Shown here piece after piece: positions 27,401 to 42,400 of a stretch of 64,000 bases of DNA; positions within the stretch are counted from its first letter, which is position 1; every line of letters starts with the position of its first letter. The position numbers and the translations under genes are program-made. This stretch comes from Ostrea edulis (taxonomy: Eukaryota): assembly GCF_947568905.1 (NCBI RefSeq), contig NC_079169.1, positions 38,130,001 through 38,194,000 on the forward strand. The letters run 5' to 3'. The notes beneath the pieces were generated by a model, which was given only the letters and a program-made list of their open reading frames with translations, ran no database searches and was not told where the DNA came from.

Positions 27401-30400
27401 TGTTATGAGGCTTACCATTGGCTGATGCATTGAATATGTTATAATGCTTACCATTGGCTGATGCATTGAATATGGTGACTGGGCTACACTGTTGAAATAC
27501 AACGTCATCTATGGCCATGTCTGAGTTGGGAATACCAGAGTTAGGAGCAAAAGATTTTGTTGGGTTGGCCTCAAATTGCACCTTAAGAATATCAAATACA
27601 TCATACTAAATCATCATTCATTCAATATTTTAGCATGAGATACTTTTCAAAATGTGCTAAATACATATTACTCCAACTCTTGTAAAATCTGATCATGGAA
27701 ATTTTGCACGCATTTCTGACCATATATCAGGAAATTTTTAAAATGCTGTCGAATGGCGAGTTTTTTGGCAGATAAAAGAAAATTATCAAAATAAAAAATC
27801 ACTAATGGCAGTATGTTCTTGAATGTTTGCACAAAATAAAAATATATAAATTACCAATATCTTAAAAACTACTTATTTGGAAAAAATCTGCCAAATTTTC
27901 CCAACACAAGGCATGTACATCCCTATGCATCTACGTCTAAAGTTCAAATGATGAAAAGTGTATTAGATGTTCACTACCTTATATCCAGCTGAGAGCTGAC
28001 CAATGTCTGCACTTCCTTGTTGCCAGCCACTACCCTGGTTGTTGGTCTGTGAGAAGATGTAGGTCTTGTCACTTGGATTGTTGCTGTTTACGATCAAGAC
28101 ACGGATATTTCCTGAAATTAACCATTAAGTTAGCTATCAGGAGATGTCAGTACATTTGAGTAGTCAACAACCATTTTGATATTAAACACAATTACATGTT
28201 AGAAATTTACAAGTATAAGGACTTTACCCACAAATATCCCTCCATTATTACAGTAAAACATACATGCAGCAAGGTGCTGGGAATGAACAAATTCAATTCG
28301 TTATAAATGTAATTTGTTATATTCAATCAGTTCATCATGTATTTCAAAACTACATGCCTTGAGAAAAAAATCATTTCGTTATAAATACGAGTTCATTATA
28401 AGCATGCTTGTTGCAAGCGCTTTACTGTAATCTGAAAAACTGTGATGATCAAAGAGCCTTAGGACAATATACAGTCTACCCCATCTATATTTAAGTTGCT
28501 CATATTGAGCTATCTGTCATAATGAAGTTATAAATAATCCCCAGTAACATTATCTATATAGTTCAACATCAGTTATATTGAGCTTTGGATATAATGAACA
28601 ATTCAGGCTGGTCCCCTGAATTTCATTATGAATTGACGTCTCCACGTTAAACAATATACAATCAATCAATCATTATAAATGATTGAATTTCATTATTAGA
28701 TTTCTCAGCAGTCTATTCACCAACATGAACAGTACTCATTTACCTGCTCCCAGTCCAAACATGTGGTAATAGAAAGACACACGACAGCTAGGGCCGGTGG
28801 CTCCTAGAGGTGGTGTCTCCATGCGAGCTCGACTGTAGAACACTCCCGTGGATCCTTCCACCAGCATGTAGTGACCAGCAGCAGTACCATTAGTGTGGTC
28901 AGTTTTAGGACCCCCTGTTCCTGGTGAGGATCCCTGGAAGATGTGCCAATTGTAACGTCCACTGCTGACATCGTTCCATCCACACTGGCCATTTTCAAAA
29001 GTGCAGGTACCTATAAATAGCAGATTCTCAAGAGCCTGAAGTCATTCAATTGGCTCAAATAACTTCATGTAAGTTCATTCAAAAGAAGACATTTTTATGA
29101 CCACCACAGGACATTTACACCATGCTGCTGTTCTAAAGGTGAAGTTAATTTTTTTCTAAAGCAAATTAAACGCCATGGTGGCCATGTAGAAATTTGGATT
29201 CAACAATTTTGCATGACCATTACAGAAGCAAATGTACCAAGAATGGTGACTGAATATGCAGCATTCTGGAGAAATCAATTCTGTAATCACCAATGAAAAA
29301 CTGCGGTGGCCGTATTGGAATTTGGTGCACTTGAAAATTAACAACACTTTTGAAGGAGCTAAATTTCATAATGAGAATCACCCAAGCAAGTCTGAACCAC
29401 ACAGAAGCCATAGCTACTGGGGAATAGACCCGATTCCCAATTCTATAACCTAAGTCACTCACCTGGAAAATGTAGGACGGAATCAGCATCAAAACCATGC
29501 CTGGTTGTGTGCATCAATGGATGCATCACATCATCCAGGCATGTTCGAATCATGTAAATGAGCAATTTAAAAACCCTAGTCACTCATCAAGAAAATATAA
29601 GCCAAAATGCAGTATCTGCATCACGACTGCTTCTACACATTTATAGATGCAGCATTCATGAAAGTTTGAATTATGTGCGGTTTATATTTTCTTGGAAATG
29701 GACCAACTTAACACTTGATTATGAAAGCTTAACCCTGCTGTCCCTGGATCCATCACCAACATAGAAAGAATTATAACAGGTCCCCAGAAACATTCCTCCT
29801 GGTGAACAAAATAATTTAAACTGTCGAATCCAATGCCAGTTCAACTGTAAAACCTGACACTAATTCTTTCTTTTTCATGTTATTTATACTGAGTAATGTG
29901 ACAGCTTGACTATTTTGACACCAAATTTGTCTCCATGACTACCTCGTATTTGACTGTATATACAAGAAATCAATTGAAAGACCATGCATCACAGCAAATT
30001 TGCTTTTTCCTTTCTCTTTGAAAGTCATTACCGTAGTGCTTAGCTTTTCCAATCAATCAAAGATATAAATTCTCCACCTACCACAGCTTGCTTCATCTGA
30101 TCCATCTGAACACTGGGGTGCAAAATCACACACCTGAGAGGATGGTATGCATTGCCCCGACTTGCAGGCAAAACTGTTGTTACCACATGGATTAGGTGTG
30201 GTGGGAGGGGTCGGTAACCCAGTGGGAAGGGTGCCTGAAAGCAAGAGTAATATGAAGATGATGTAATGAATACTAAATTTTTCTTACTCAATGTCTTCAC
30301 AAGTTTTAGCTATATCAAAAAATAGTGGTAAGAGTTGGGGGTACATAACAAATATGCATATTAATTTAAAATTGTGCATTTTCATGATCTTTTTTATGAA

Positions 30401-33400
30401 TATTCTGGAATACCAGATCAATATAACCTTGTGTAATTAGAGGTCATAATTCGATTTACAGATTCTGGAAATCAGTAAAACAATACAGTGGAGTCCAGCT
30501 AGACAGAACATTGTGTGGAGTCCAGCTAGACAAGACATTGTGTGGAGTCCAGTTAGACAAGACATTGTGTGGAGTTCAGTTAGACAAAACACTGTGTGGA
30601 CTCCAGCTAGACAAGATATTGTGTGGAGTTCAGCTAGACAAGTCATTGTGTGGAGTCCAGTTAGACAAGACATTGTGTGGAGTCCAGTTAGACAAGACAT
30701 TGTGTGGAGTCCAGTTAGACAAGACATTGTGTGGAGTCCAGCTAGACAAGACACTGTGTGGAGTCCAGTTAGACAAGACACTGTGTGGAGTCCAGTTAGA
30801 CAAGACACTGTGTGGACTCCAGCTAGACAAGACATTGTGTGGAGTTCAGCTAGACAAGACATTGTGTGGAGTCCAGTTAAAAAGACATTGTGTGGAGTTC
30901 AGCAAGACAAGACATTGTGTGGAGTCCACTTAAAAAGACATTGTGTGGAGTCCAGCTAGACAGAACATTGTGTGGAGTCCAGCTAGACAAGACATTGTGT
31001 GGAGTCCAGTTAAAAAGACATTGTGTGGAGTCCAGCTAGACAGAACATTGTGTGGAGTCCAGCTAGACAAGACATTGTGTGGAGTCCAGTTAAAAAGACA
31101 TTGTGTGGAGTTCAGCTAGACAAGACATTATGTGGAGTCCAGTTAGACAAGACATTGTGTGGAGTTCAGCTAGACAAGACACTGTGTGGACTCCAGCTAG
31201 ACAAGACATTGTGTGGAGTTCAGCTAGACAAGACATTGTGTGGAGTCCAGTTAGACAAGACATTGTGTGGAGTTCAGTTAGACAAGACATTGTGTGGAGT
31301 CCAGTTAGACAAGACATTGTGTGGAGTCCAGTTAGACAAGACACTGTGTGGAGTCCAGCTAGACAAGACACTGTGTGGAGTCCAGTTAGACAAGACACTG
31401 TGTTGAGTCCAGCTAGACAAGACATTGTGGAGTCCAGTTAAAAAGACATTGTGTGGAGTTCAGCTAGACAAGACATTATGTGGAGTCCAGTTAGACAACA
31501 CATTGTGTGGAGTTCAGCTAGACAAGACACTGTGTGGACTCCAGTTAGACAAGACATTGTGTGGAGTTCAGTTAGACAAGACATTGTGTGGAGTCCAGTT
31601 AGACAAGACATTGTGTGGAGTCCAGTTAGACAAGACACTGTGTGGAGTCCAGCTAGACAAGACACTGTGTGGAGTCCAGTTAGACAAGACACTGTGTCGA
31701 GTCCAGTTAGACAAGACACTGTGTGGACTCCAGCTAGACAAGACATTGTGTGGAGTTCAGTTAGACAAGACATTGTGTGGAGTCCAGTTAAAAAGACATT
31801 GTGTGGAGTTCAGCTAGACAAGACATTGTGTGGAGTCCAGTTAAAAAGACATTGTGTGGAGTCCAGCTAGACAGAACATTGTGTGGAGTCCAGCTAGACA
31901 AGACATTGTGTGGAGTCCAGTTAAAAAGACATTGTGTGGAGTTCAGTTAGACAAGACATTATGTGGAGTCCAGTTAGACAAGACATTGTGTGGAGTCCAG
32001 CTAGACAAGACACTGTGTGGAGTCCAGTTAGACAAGACACTGTGTGGAGTCCATTTAGACAAGACATTGTGTGGAGTCCATTTAGACAAGACATTGTGTG
32101 GAGTCCAGTTAGACAAGACATTGTGTGGAGTCCATTTAGACAAGACACTGTGTGGAGTCCAGTTATACAAGACATTGTGTGGAGTTCAGATAGACAAGAC
32201 ATTGTGTGGAGTCCAGTTAAAAAGACATTGTGTGGAGTTCAGCTAGACAAGACACTGTGTGGGGTCCAGTTAAAAAGACATTGTGTGGAGTTCAGCTAGA
32301 CAAGACACTGTGTGGAGTCCAGTTAGACAACACATTGTGTGGAGTTCAGATAGACATTGTCGAGTCCAATTGACAGAACACTATGGCTGTGAAGAAGTCC
32401 ATTCATCCAGATTTCAGGATGGATCAGAAATAAAATACAAAGATTTCTCTCACAAATACCATTGCCTTTCAATGTTCAGACTTAACAATCCATCAACATA
32501 TAGAAGACTAAACAAACTGGTATTATGTTAACAGATTGCAACTGTGTGGTTCTTACCATTCATCAATACACAACCAGGTGTCATGGATACATCATCAATA
32601 GCAATGTCTCCCGAGTAACTGCCAACTACTCCCTCAATGACAACCTGCACACAAAATTACAAAACATTAGTAATACAAACAGCAGTATAAACTACATAAT
32701 TAACAAGTCTTACAAAAACAACATACAGTAGGACCCAAGATTTAACTCCCTTTGTGTGGTGTTGATTTGTTACTTTTAAAACACATGTTTGTGGAACATG
32801 AAGGATTAAATCATAATTTATATAATCTAATGCTATTTCTGCTACCACCAGAAAATAAAAAGAAAAAATAATGTGGTATGCATATGGTTAATTCTTTCTG
32901 ATAAACTTGCTGTGTTTACCTGAAACGGTTTGTTTTCATTGATAGTTAGATCAACTCGTTCAAAGAAATCTCCAACATTTCCCGATTTAGACCAAATCTT
33001 TTTCATCGGTCCAGTGACTGTTTCTCTAGTATAAACATTCAATGATCCAATGCTGCGACCAAACATATGGTAGAAAAATCGCAGCTGAAAAAAAAACCCA
33101 TCCATATCAAATTTACAAGCTATACAGCGTTGTACTCAAACTTCAACTCTACTGCATGAAATCAGCACAATAAGATTTGTATCAAACAGCATAGCTACAT
33201 TGTATATCATGTAGTTCCAAATGATTAGTTTCTGGTGAGTCCACTGTTTTCAACTCATTTTCTAATTGATACGTTATATATGATTACCGTCAAGCGAAAA
33301 CCACCCTTAAGTGCATTGTGACGTTTATCAAGAAATCAAGCGGTAAAGTCAACGTCACATTTTTACGATATGACGGCATGATTTTCTGCAACGTTGTTTT

Positions 33401-36400
33401 TTCAATCACATGTTAGGCGCTTCCTTGAGAAGTCATGGAACTGTCAGTACGCACTTTAAAACACGCAAGTTTCATTTATCTGTTATATATATAATTATTA
33501 TATATTATATCGGTTTAAGTGTTTAGTATTGATGTTAATTAGTGCTATGCATATACTGGATTTTCGTCGAAAATAAAAAATATATTTACAGGTATTTCCC
33601 TTTCTTCGGGAAATACAGGTAAAATGAAAGTCTATAGAAATGAAAATATTTCACCTGACATCCTAAATTTATGTGTGACATATACCAAACAGTCATATTT
33701 TTAAACAGACATATTTTTAAAGTAACGTTTATCTGGGTTTACGCCCCCCCCCTCCCATTTTTAAAGTAACGTTTATCTGGGTTTACGCCCCCCCCCCCTC
33801 CCCTATTTGAAATATTAGATAGATCCAATATGAATTGCATGTATATAAAACAGCCGTCCGATTGTTGTGCTACCTGTTGGTTTACTTTCTGCGGTGTTTA
33901 CAAGTTTTACAATATGTAATATTCCTTGATTGTGAACGTACATATGTATCTTACAATGCTGTAAATATGTACAAAATAGCATCGAATCCTAAAAATAGCC
34001 GATAAAGTTTACCATTGCGTAGCTATACAGCGATACGTTTAGTAATAATTATGTCGCTCACCTTTTGTTCGCACGTAAAAAAAAAAATTTAACAATTGTA
34101 TTTTGGCAACACTAACCTGAAATTATAAAATGTTTTGCAAATACTAATTTATTTCCGAAATTAGAAAAAATCAACTTGTAGATTCTGCGTTCTGACCTGT
34201 AGCTTTACTCTTTTACACACACACATCTCACGAAAAAAAAAATGCTTGACAAATAATTGAAAATATTTCTAAAAACCCGATGATCAATCAAATTATTGTA
34301 TTTCACTTATGACGGTTAATAAAATATTTTGTAAAATTTTTAGGATCTAGACAATATTAACAATGAATATTTTCCCATGAAAAATCTTACTAATCAGAAC
34401 GCAGGTGCGTGTTCTATTAACGAAAACAGTGATGACGGTGAATCAGACGATATGTCAACCAATTTAGAGGCCCAGGTACACATGTTTGGAGAAGGGATTG
34501 CCAACTTACCCCATGATCCTTGCACAGAAGATGTGAAATAACGATCTTTAATTGAAAAGGGATGCAGGTGTGCAAAAAACTGTATTTCTACATTTAGTTT
34601 TTCAGACATCAGAGAACACGCTATTTCCTTAACTGAGATGACAAAAAATGAAAGACTTTCATATTATGGCGAAGTTTATAAAGATAAAATCTAAATGTAG
34701 ACAGTCAAAAGATGGAGATTCAATTAGAAAACGTCTTCGATACATTAAGTTTGTCGACAAACTTTTTTGATAACACACAGCATTGGCGAGTTTGCATTGA
34801 AATCTCTGATACATCATCTGATCACAAATGGGTTGGTTTCAAGAACTCATGGAAATAAACATAGGCGGCCTAAGAATGCATACGGTTTTGATGTTTTGAG
34901 GGATGTTCCTTAGTTCATATCTAGTTATGCCGAAGAGCATGGTCTGCCTCAGCCGGCAGCAGTCAACAGGAATATCGGTGTACACATAATTCTACCATGC
35001 AGTGAAAGCAAACAGTCCCTGTACAGAATATACGAAGATGTTTGTATCGATAATGACAAGACAGCAGTAGGGCTACCGACGTTCAAAGGCATCTGTCAGA
35101 TTTGCTGTCCAAATATAAAATTCATGTCACCCAAGACTTAAGTATGTCCTATCTGTGAACAACACAAAGATCACATTCAATTGGCCATGACAAAAAAACG
35201 ACAAGTTAGCTGCTCTGGACAAATATAATCTAATTAAAATCAGATCCTAGGATACGCTCACAATCGCTTACACAGAGTATACGGCGCGGATCTAAGAAGT
35301 CTGATTTTAATTAGATTGGGTCAAATATAGTGCACATTTGAATGAAGTGAAAGTAGAACGACAGGTACCTTACAATAAATAAAATTCACAAACCACTAAA
35401 GTGTGAAAAAATATCTTATAAAATGTATTACAGCAAGTGTGTTTAAAATCCGTTGTTGTAAATACTGTGATATTTACCGATAATAAGAACTGCATGAGCA
35501 ACCAGTCCTGGTACAACCAGCTTCGCCGATGTCAACAGAGCTTAACCATGTCCATTTATATACCTTTGATTACTCGCATGCTGTATACATGAAAGGTGAA
35601 GATCTATACGGAACAGTGATCAATCTCATAACTCCTATAAGCAACACAAAATAGATAGTTTGGAAAACACGGACCCCTGTACCGCATCATGTTTGTCAAG
35701 TTGGACCTCTCTACTTTGCTACACCTAGAAAGATTCAGTTGTTTGGAGTTGCTATAGAACGTAGCTTCTTGATTATTTCTGTGTACTTCCGTTTCTAAAT
35801 TTAGACAATTTAATATTTTCTGGCGAACAAATAGTATTTAGAAATAGGTTTTGTAAATCACGTAGGTCAACTTCCTAGTAGATGAGGATTCGACACCGGG
35901 AAAAACGGAACACACGCCAAGGTCGCTATCAGCGTAATTTCTATGCTTCATTTTTGTTTTGAGAATTTTGGACTTGGTGAAAAAGAAAGCCACCTACAAT
36001 GTGATAACGCTTCAGGTTAAAATCCAAATTAAATAATTAAAGATAGTAATGAAGAAATAAGAACGATTGTGTAGTTGCACATGTATTATGGGTCTTTCAA
36101 TTTTTAAAGAAGCATTTTCATTTTACTTTGAATGAGAAAACAAATATAAATTCATGTTGACGTACTTACTTTGTAGAACGCTGAGTGACAAACACCCCCA
36201 AATAAATTTTCACATGCAAGTCCCATACCATGGCAAATTTCCCCCCAGTTTAGCTTGCATTTTCCCCAATAATGAAATTATGAAAGGAAAATGTATTTGA
36301 AAAAAATAAACGTTCGATGTGAATTATATATATACATAAGACTTACATGTAACAAAGTGTTATGGGAATGATAATTTGGATAGAATAGTTGAAAATTTTA

Positions 36401-39400
36401 GAAGGTTAAAGAAAATTAGATGTGTAAAATAAAGATAATATAATGTTTGATATGATTTTAAAACTTATTTACAATAAAATTGATTTTTCCCAGTTCGACT
36501 AAAATGTCAACTATTTTCCCCAATTTGAAAGCCACAGGACCCATGTAAAAATGTAGAAAAATCACTGCGGGTTTGTTTACTTAAAAAATTATACAGAAAG
36601 TCAGAGGTTGAATCTTGAATCAGTTAGCATCCGTAGTCAGAAAAAGCGGGACATCTATTAACGAAGTGGTTGTATTCGGTGGTGCTGATGGAGAATGGCT
36701 GGACTGGAAAACATTCACATCCAATTATTTCATTCCCTTCAAGGGTATTAGAAAATTCAGACACTTTGTTTTCAAAGCAGATAAGCCAGGTAGAATACGC
36801 TATTTAAAAGAACGTTGGGTGTTATTTTTTTTCACATAAGAAATGGATTGTAACAAGTCTGATTTATTATGTTACCACATATCGATTTTTTCGGCTGTTA
36901 CATGTAACAACAATCCTGAAAGGGGATACATTGTAGTTGGGTGATATGTGTGGATGTTGGGGGAGGGGGTTGCGGCGACTACGTTATAATTCGCTGACAT
37001 GCCATCTCAACAAAAAAATTCAAACCTTAATCTTTTTCAAACAAGGTACTGGTACATGTATATATAATTTCCTCTCTGAATTAAACTCTTATCAATGATT
37101 TACACTTCTCCTATATATTGTGCACATTCTTCTACCGGTATTGCTGTAGCTAAAGAAGTGCCAGACTCACCCGGAACAGAACTAAAACTGCTGAAAGCAG
37201 GCGTGGATACAGATGCCATCCTTCCTCCAAGCCATTCCGGCAACTGGTTTGACCAGAGAGAGAATGCAATACTTGTTTAAATTTATTAGACCTATTGTCA
37301 GGGCCCCGTACAAGGACGTAGTCGCCCCCTCTCCCGACACCCAGGAGAATAAAAGACAATAAAAACTAGCCTATTTTGAATCTGTCATAATCTAAATAAT
37401 TGTTTGAATGTTGATAAATGTATACCTATATATCAGATGATAAAAAAAATTCAGACTCATGTATTTTGATTACGTTTGAAATAGTAACAAAACGTAACAA
37501 AATACAACGTAAATTTCCAAAAATCATGACGTCAAACGACTCGATGCAAGTTTTTACCAAGTTTGATGGGGATTTTAAGGTCATTATCATTGGGCTGTAA
37601 CGTAATGTTACATATCAACAGAAAGAGGAGAAATTCTTCTATCTAAAACATTTAAAAGGTGAAAAAGTGATATTTTTCACTTAAGGGTGGTTTTTGCTTG
37701 ACGGTAATCATATGTGAAAATACTGTATACTTTTATTTCGTGAGACCTTATTTTCACATGGATACAATGATGTATTAATTCACAAGACAACACTTTCATG
37801 AATCAATATTTATTGCTTCCATACAAAGAGTTTAATATTCATAAGAACTAACTCTTTCATAAGTAATGTTCTTGTTAATAAAATGTGATTCATAGTAATT
37901 ATGCAGTGAAAAAATCAGTGGAAATGCCTAGTTATAGATTTATCTGAGATCTATATTCATATTCAAAAACACAAAACTCACCTGACATGTGTTTTGGGTG
38001 GGCGGTACCGCAGTGAACAACGGGCTGATAAGACGGGCCATATCTCCACGTCTGCGGGGTGATGAGGACTCAATGAACATGTAATAGCCCGAGGCTGTTC
38101 CCCGAGTGTGATCACGGGATGGACCTGTTCCGTATGTTGCAGTGTGACCATTAGCTCTCGTCCAGTCAAATTTATCAGTTTTATCTTGAGTCCAACTACA
38201 GATGCTTCTCTCAAAGTTGCACGAGGCAGGGTAATATTCTATTGATAAAGTATCAATAATCTAATTAAAATTACTAAATTAACAAACTGTGTCAAAATGC
38301 TGCATTGAACATATTCTATATCATATGAATATATGCTGGGAATGATAAAGAATTCTAACAACTCATTCGTTTTGAAGTTTTTGAACTTGAATTTGAAGCT
38401 TCATACAGCAAACGTCTTCTATAACGTACTCAGATATAAAATAAAGAGTCTCTTTATTTTTTAGGAATTCATATTTGTACTGAATACAATCAAACTAAAC
38501 CAAAAATTATATATCAACATATGTATCCATTTTTTTGTTTGTATCAACTGTCCTTAAAGCTTACTGCAAGAAGAAGGGGCCTCATCAGAGCCGTCTCCAC
38601 AGTCATCGCTGTAGTCGCAACGCTGTTTGTCTGGTACGCAGCCCTTGTTGACCGTACAGTGGAACTGGTAAGGGGAAGGACAGGTGGCCTGAGCAGCTGG
38701 ACAACACAGAAAACATGCCCACAATCAATCACTCGGATAATCTATCACAAAACTTCCCACACTTCATTAAAATCTTTATCTTTCAGTATTTATTCATTTT
38801 CTTGATTCATTAATTTTATGGAATTTGAAATAGAAAACCTGGATAGTTGCAGTTGATGAGTTGGAAGTCGTCAATAGCGATGTCTCCCTGCACACTGTAG
38901 GTCCGGGTCGCCCGGATCAGGAGCTAGTAATGTAACAAGAGTAAATCAGCATGATATAGGATAATGTTTCTCTGATTTCAAAAAAAAGCCATTACAATGC
39001 TTACATCAAATACAGTTCTCTCCTTTAAGAATGCACACATTCTAAAATTTAAATTCTGCCACTTTATCAGGAAAACTTTTAAGATTTTAGAATGGGACTC
39101 ATGGAAATTGTAATGTGTGCCTCAATTAATAAAAAATCCAAAATTTCCCAAATTTAAAACAAGTCTGTAGAGCACACATTCTATTGTGTTATGTGATTAG
39201 ATGACAAGTGGTGACTCTTCAATATATAGGGAAATTGTAAGAATACAAAACACAATCCAAACAATGAGACACTAATGCATGCAGTTTTCATCACAAAATT
39301 GAAAACTTAATTTCATCATACTGGCAAAATAAATCAGTCACGATCATCCATCAGTAGGAACATTCACATTTGGCCTACATTAGACCTGACATTAGAAGCT

Positions 39401-42400
39401 GGTGTTCCATTGGACAACATACCTGGAATGCTCCATCAACCCGTCCAATGTCAATGATTGCTTTCTGCCAGTTTTGGCCTTGGTTACCAGATCGTCTCCA
39501 GATTTCTGTGTCCCTGTTATTTTCTCTGATCAGAACACTCAGTACACCTATACCTGATATCAATATACAAGTTGTTGAACTAACGCAGCACATAAGAGAA
39601 CCACATATACAGGGGTCTAGAATTTTTTTAAATAGTCACTTTCCCACGGGCAAGTACTACCTAGAAATCCACTTGCCCAATATCAAAATTCACTTACCCA
39701 AAAATAAAAATATTTTTGTCATCGATGTTATCTTTTTCTTGTTTACTTTCAGTTTCATTCTTTTCTCCATTACCCCGTTTTGCCTCTTTCTCATTTCCAG
39801 TACTAGCACCTTTTTTAGCAGAGCCAAATTGGAACATACTCATTTATTTCACATTTTCATTAAACAAGAAATTGATATTGAAAATTAAACTCCAGAAGAA
39901 AAGACGACAACTTAGCATTTTTTGAAATAGTTGTTATCATTTTTCTTTCATAAAAAACCCCCAAGAGATCATAATTGTTTGTAAATAGTTTAGATAAACT
40001 AACAAGATGGGACAGTCTTGTAGTTGTACTGATAATCTAACGTGGTCAGTATCAAGTTTAATTGATCTGAATAAACATTCCAAATTTAATATGTCTTAAG
40101 GCGTGACCGTGTTTGAGGGCGAAGCAAAAAGTATTGGAATTAGTATCTAGATTCATAACTGGACAAAATTATCCGAAATATTTGCACCTAAGTGAGGACA
40201 GAGCTCAATCAAAGTATTATAACTTTAGATATTTTTGATCCGCCTATTCATCGAACGCGGGAAACTCTATGCAACTGATGTAAACAGTGCATTGTGACGT
40301 CATATTCAGCATTGGTGTTTAGCAAATACACAAACATAGGAGCCATGGTACAATCACGTTAATCGAGGAATGATTATATATGATTAAGAAAATAAGATTT
40401 ACATGCTTTCACAGATTTTATGTAACATCTCAGAACGAGGTGAACTTGGGTACACGAGATTCAAAATGGAGAAATACATGTCCACGCACTAGTATTTGAA
40501 TTGACGCCATTGGGACCAAAATTTTCAAGTTCCATAGGTATGGTTTAATTTTTCATTAGTTTTCTATATTAACCTTTTAAACATGTATATACGTGTTACC
40601 TATAGGGAGAGCTCCCGGTCCTTCAGGCCGTGAGAGGGCTTAGCCCTCTATTACTTTCCCGTGTGGGTAAGCTTATCACTCTAGGTCTGTTTCCCGAGAC
40701 AACATTACACTTGCCCCGGGCAATGGGAAAGTGTAATTCTAAACCCCTGCATATAGCCAGTTTTTTCCACGGGTATGTAATTTTTACCTATTTTGTCAAC
40801 TTCCAAACATTCACCAAAATAAAACCCACTAAANNNNNNNNNNNNNNNNNNNNNNNNNNNNNNNNNNNNNNNNNNNNNNNNNNNNNNNNNNNNNNNNNNN
40901 NNNNNNNNNNNNNNNNNNNNNNNNNNNNNNNNNNNNNNNNNNNNNNNNNNNNNNNNNNNNNNNNNNNNNNNNNNNNNNNNNNNNNNNNNNNNNNNNNNNN
41001 NNNNNNNNNNNNNNNNNNNNNNNNNNNNNNNNNTAAATTTAATTACATCAGTATAAATAACATTGTATAAATTAAAAAAAAATGAGTTCACCAAAATTTT
41101 ATGCACCAACATTAATGATATACCTTATAGATCCAAATCTGTCAAATTTGTGTCCCGTCAAAAAAAGCAGCTATACAGTACATGTAGTGCAAGCATCATA
41201 TAACCATCCATAACAGTTATGTTATAACCCTCCTTAACAACAGTTAACAACAGTTATAACCCTTCTTAACAGTGAACCATCTATAACCCTCCTTAACAGT
41301 GAACCATCTATAACCCTCCTTAACAGTGACAATCTATAACCCTCCTTAACAGTGACAATCTATAACCCTCCTTAACAGTGAACCATCCATAACCCTCCTT
41401 AACAGTGACAATTTATAACCCTCCTTAACAGTGAACCATCCATAACCCTCCTTAACAGTGACAATCTATAACCCTCCTTAACAGTGAACCATCCATAACC
41501 CTCCTTAACAGTGACAATCTATAACCCTCCTTAACAGTGAACCATCCATAACCCTCCTTAACAGTGAACCATCCATAACCCTCCTTAACAGTGACAATCT
41601 ATAACCCTCCTTAACAGTGACCCATCCATAACCCTCCTTAACAGTGACAATCTATAACCCTCCTTAATAGTGACAATCTATAACCCTCCTTAATAGTGAC
41701 AATCTATAACCCTCCTTAACAGTGACAATCTATAACCCTCCTTAACAGTGAACCATCCATAACCCTCCTTAACAGTGAACCATCCATAACCCTCCTTAAC
41801 AGTGAACCATCCATAACCCTCCTTAACAGTGACAATCTATAACCCTCCTTAACAGTGACAATCTATAACCCTCCTTAACAGTGAACCATCCATAACCCTC
41901 CTTAACAGTGAACCATCCATAACCCTCCTTAACAGTGACAATCTATAACCCTCCTTAACAGTGAACCATCCATAACCCTCCTTAACAGTGACAATCTATA
42001 ACCCTCCTTAACAGTGACCCATCTATAACCCTCCTTAACAGTGACAATCTACAACCCTCCTTAACAGTGAACCATCCATAACCCTCCTTAACAGTGAACC
42101 ATCCATAACCCTCCTTAACAGTGACAATCTATAACCCTCCTTAACAGTGACAATCTATAACCCTCCTTAACAGTGACAATCCATAACCCTCCTTAACAGT
42201 GAACCATCCATAACCCTCCTTAACAGTGAACCATCCATAACCCTCCTTAACAGTGACAATCCATAACCCTCCTTAACAGTGAACCATTCATAACCCTCCT
42301 TAACAGTGAACCATCCATAACCCTCCGTAACAGTGAACCATCCATAACCCTCCTTAACAGTGACAATCTATAACCCTCCTTAACAGTGAACAAGTGTTGG

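Noticed and set aside
30437-32531. Repetitive ORFs ([18 protein letters not shown]) and a CRISPR-like appearance
   Set aside because: Head-to-tail minisatellite with no unique spacers and no cas genes, inside a eukaryotic intron.
39610-40830. Possible further TIR element(s) starting CAGGGGTCTAGAATT
   Set aside because: No matching second terminus or TSD could be found by eye before the assembly gap.
40630-41112. ORFs spanning the N run; possible missing exon in the gap
   Set aside because: The ORFs are artefacts of Ns. Exons 27 and 28 join in phase as MYGT-GIGVLSV with no missing MAM segment.
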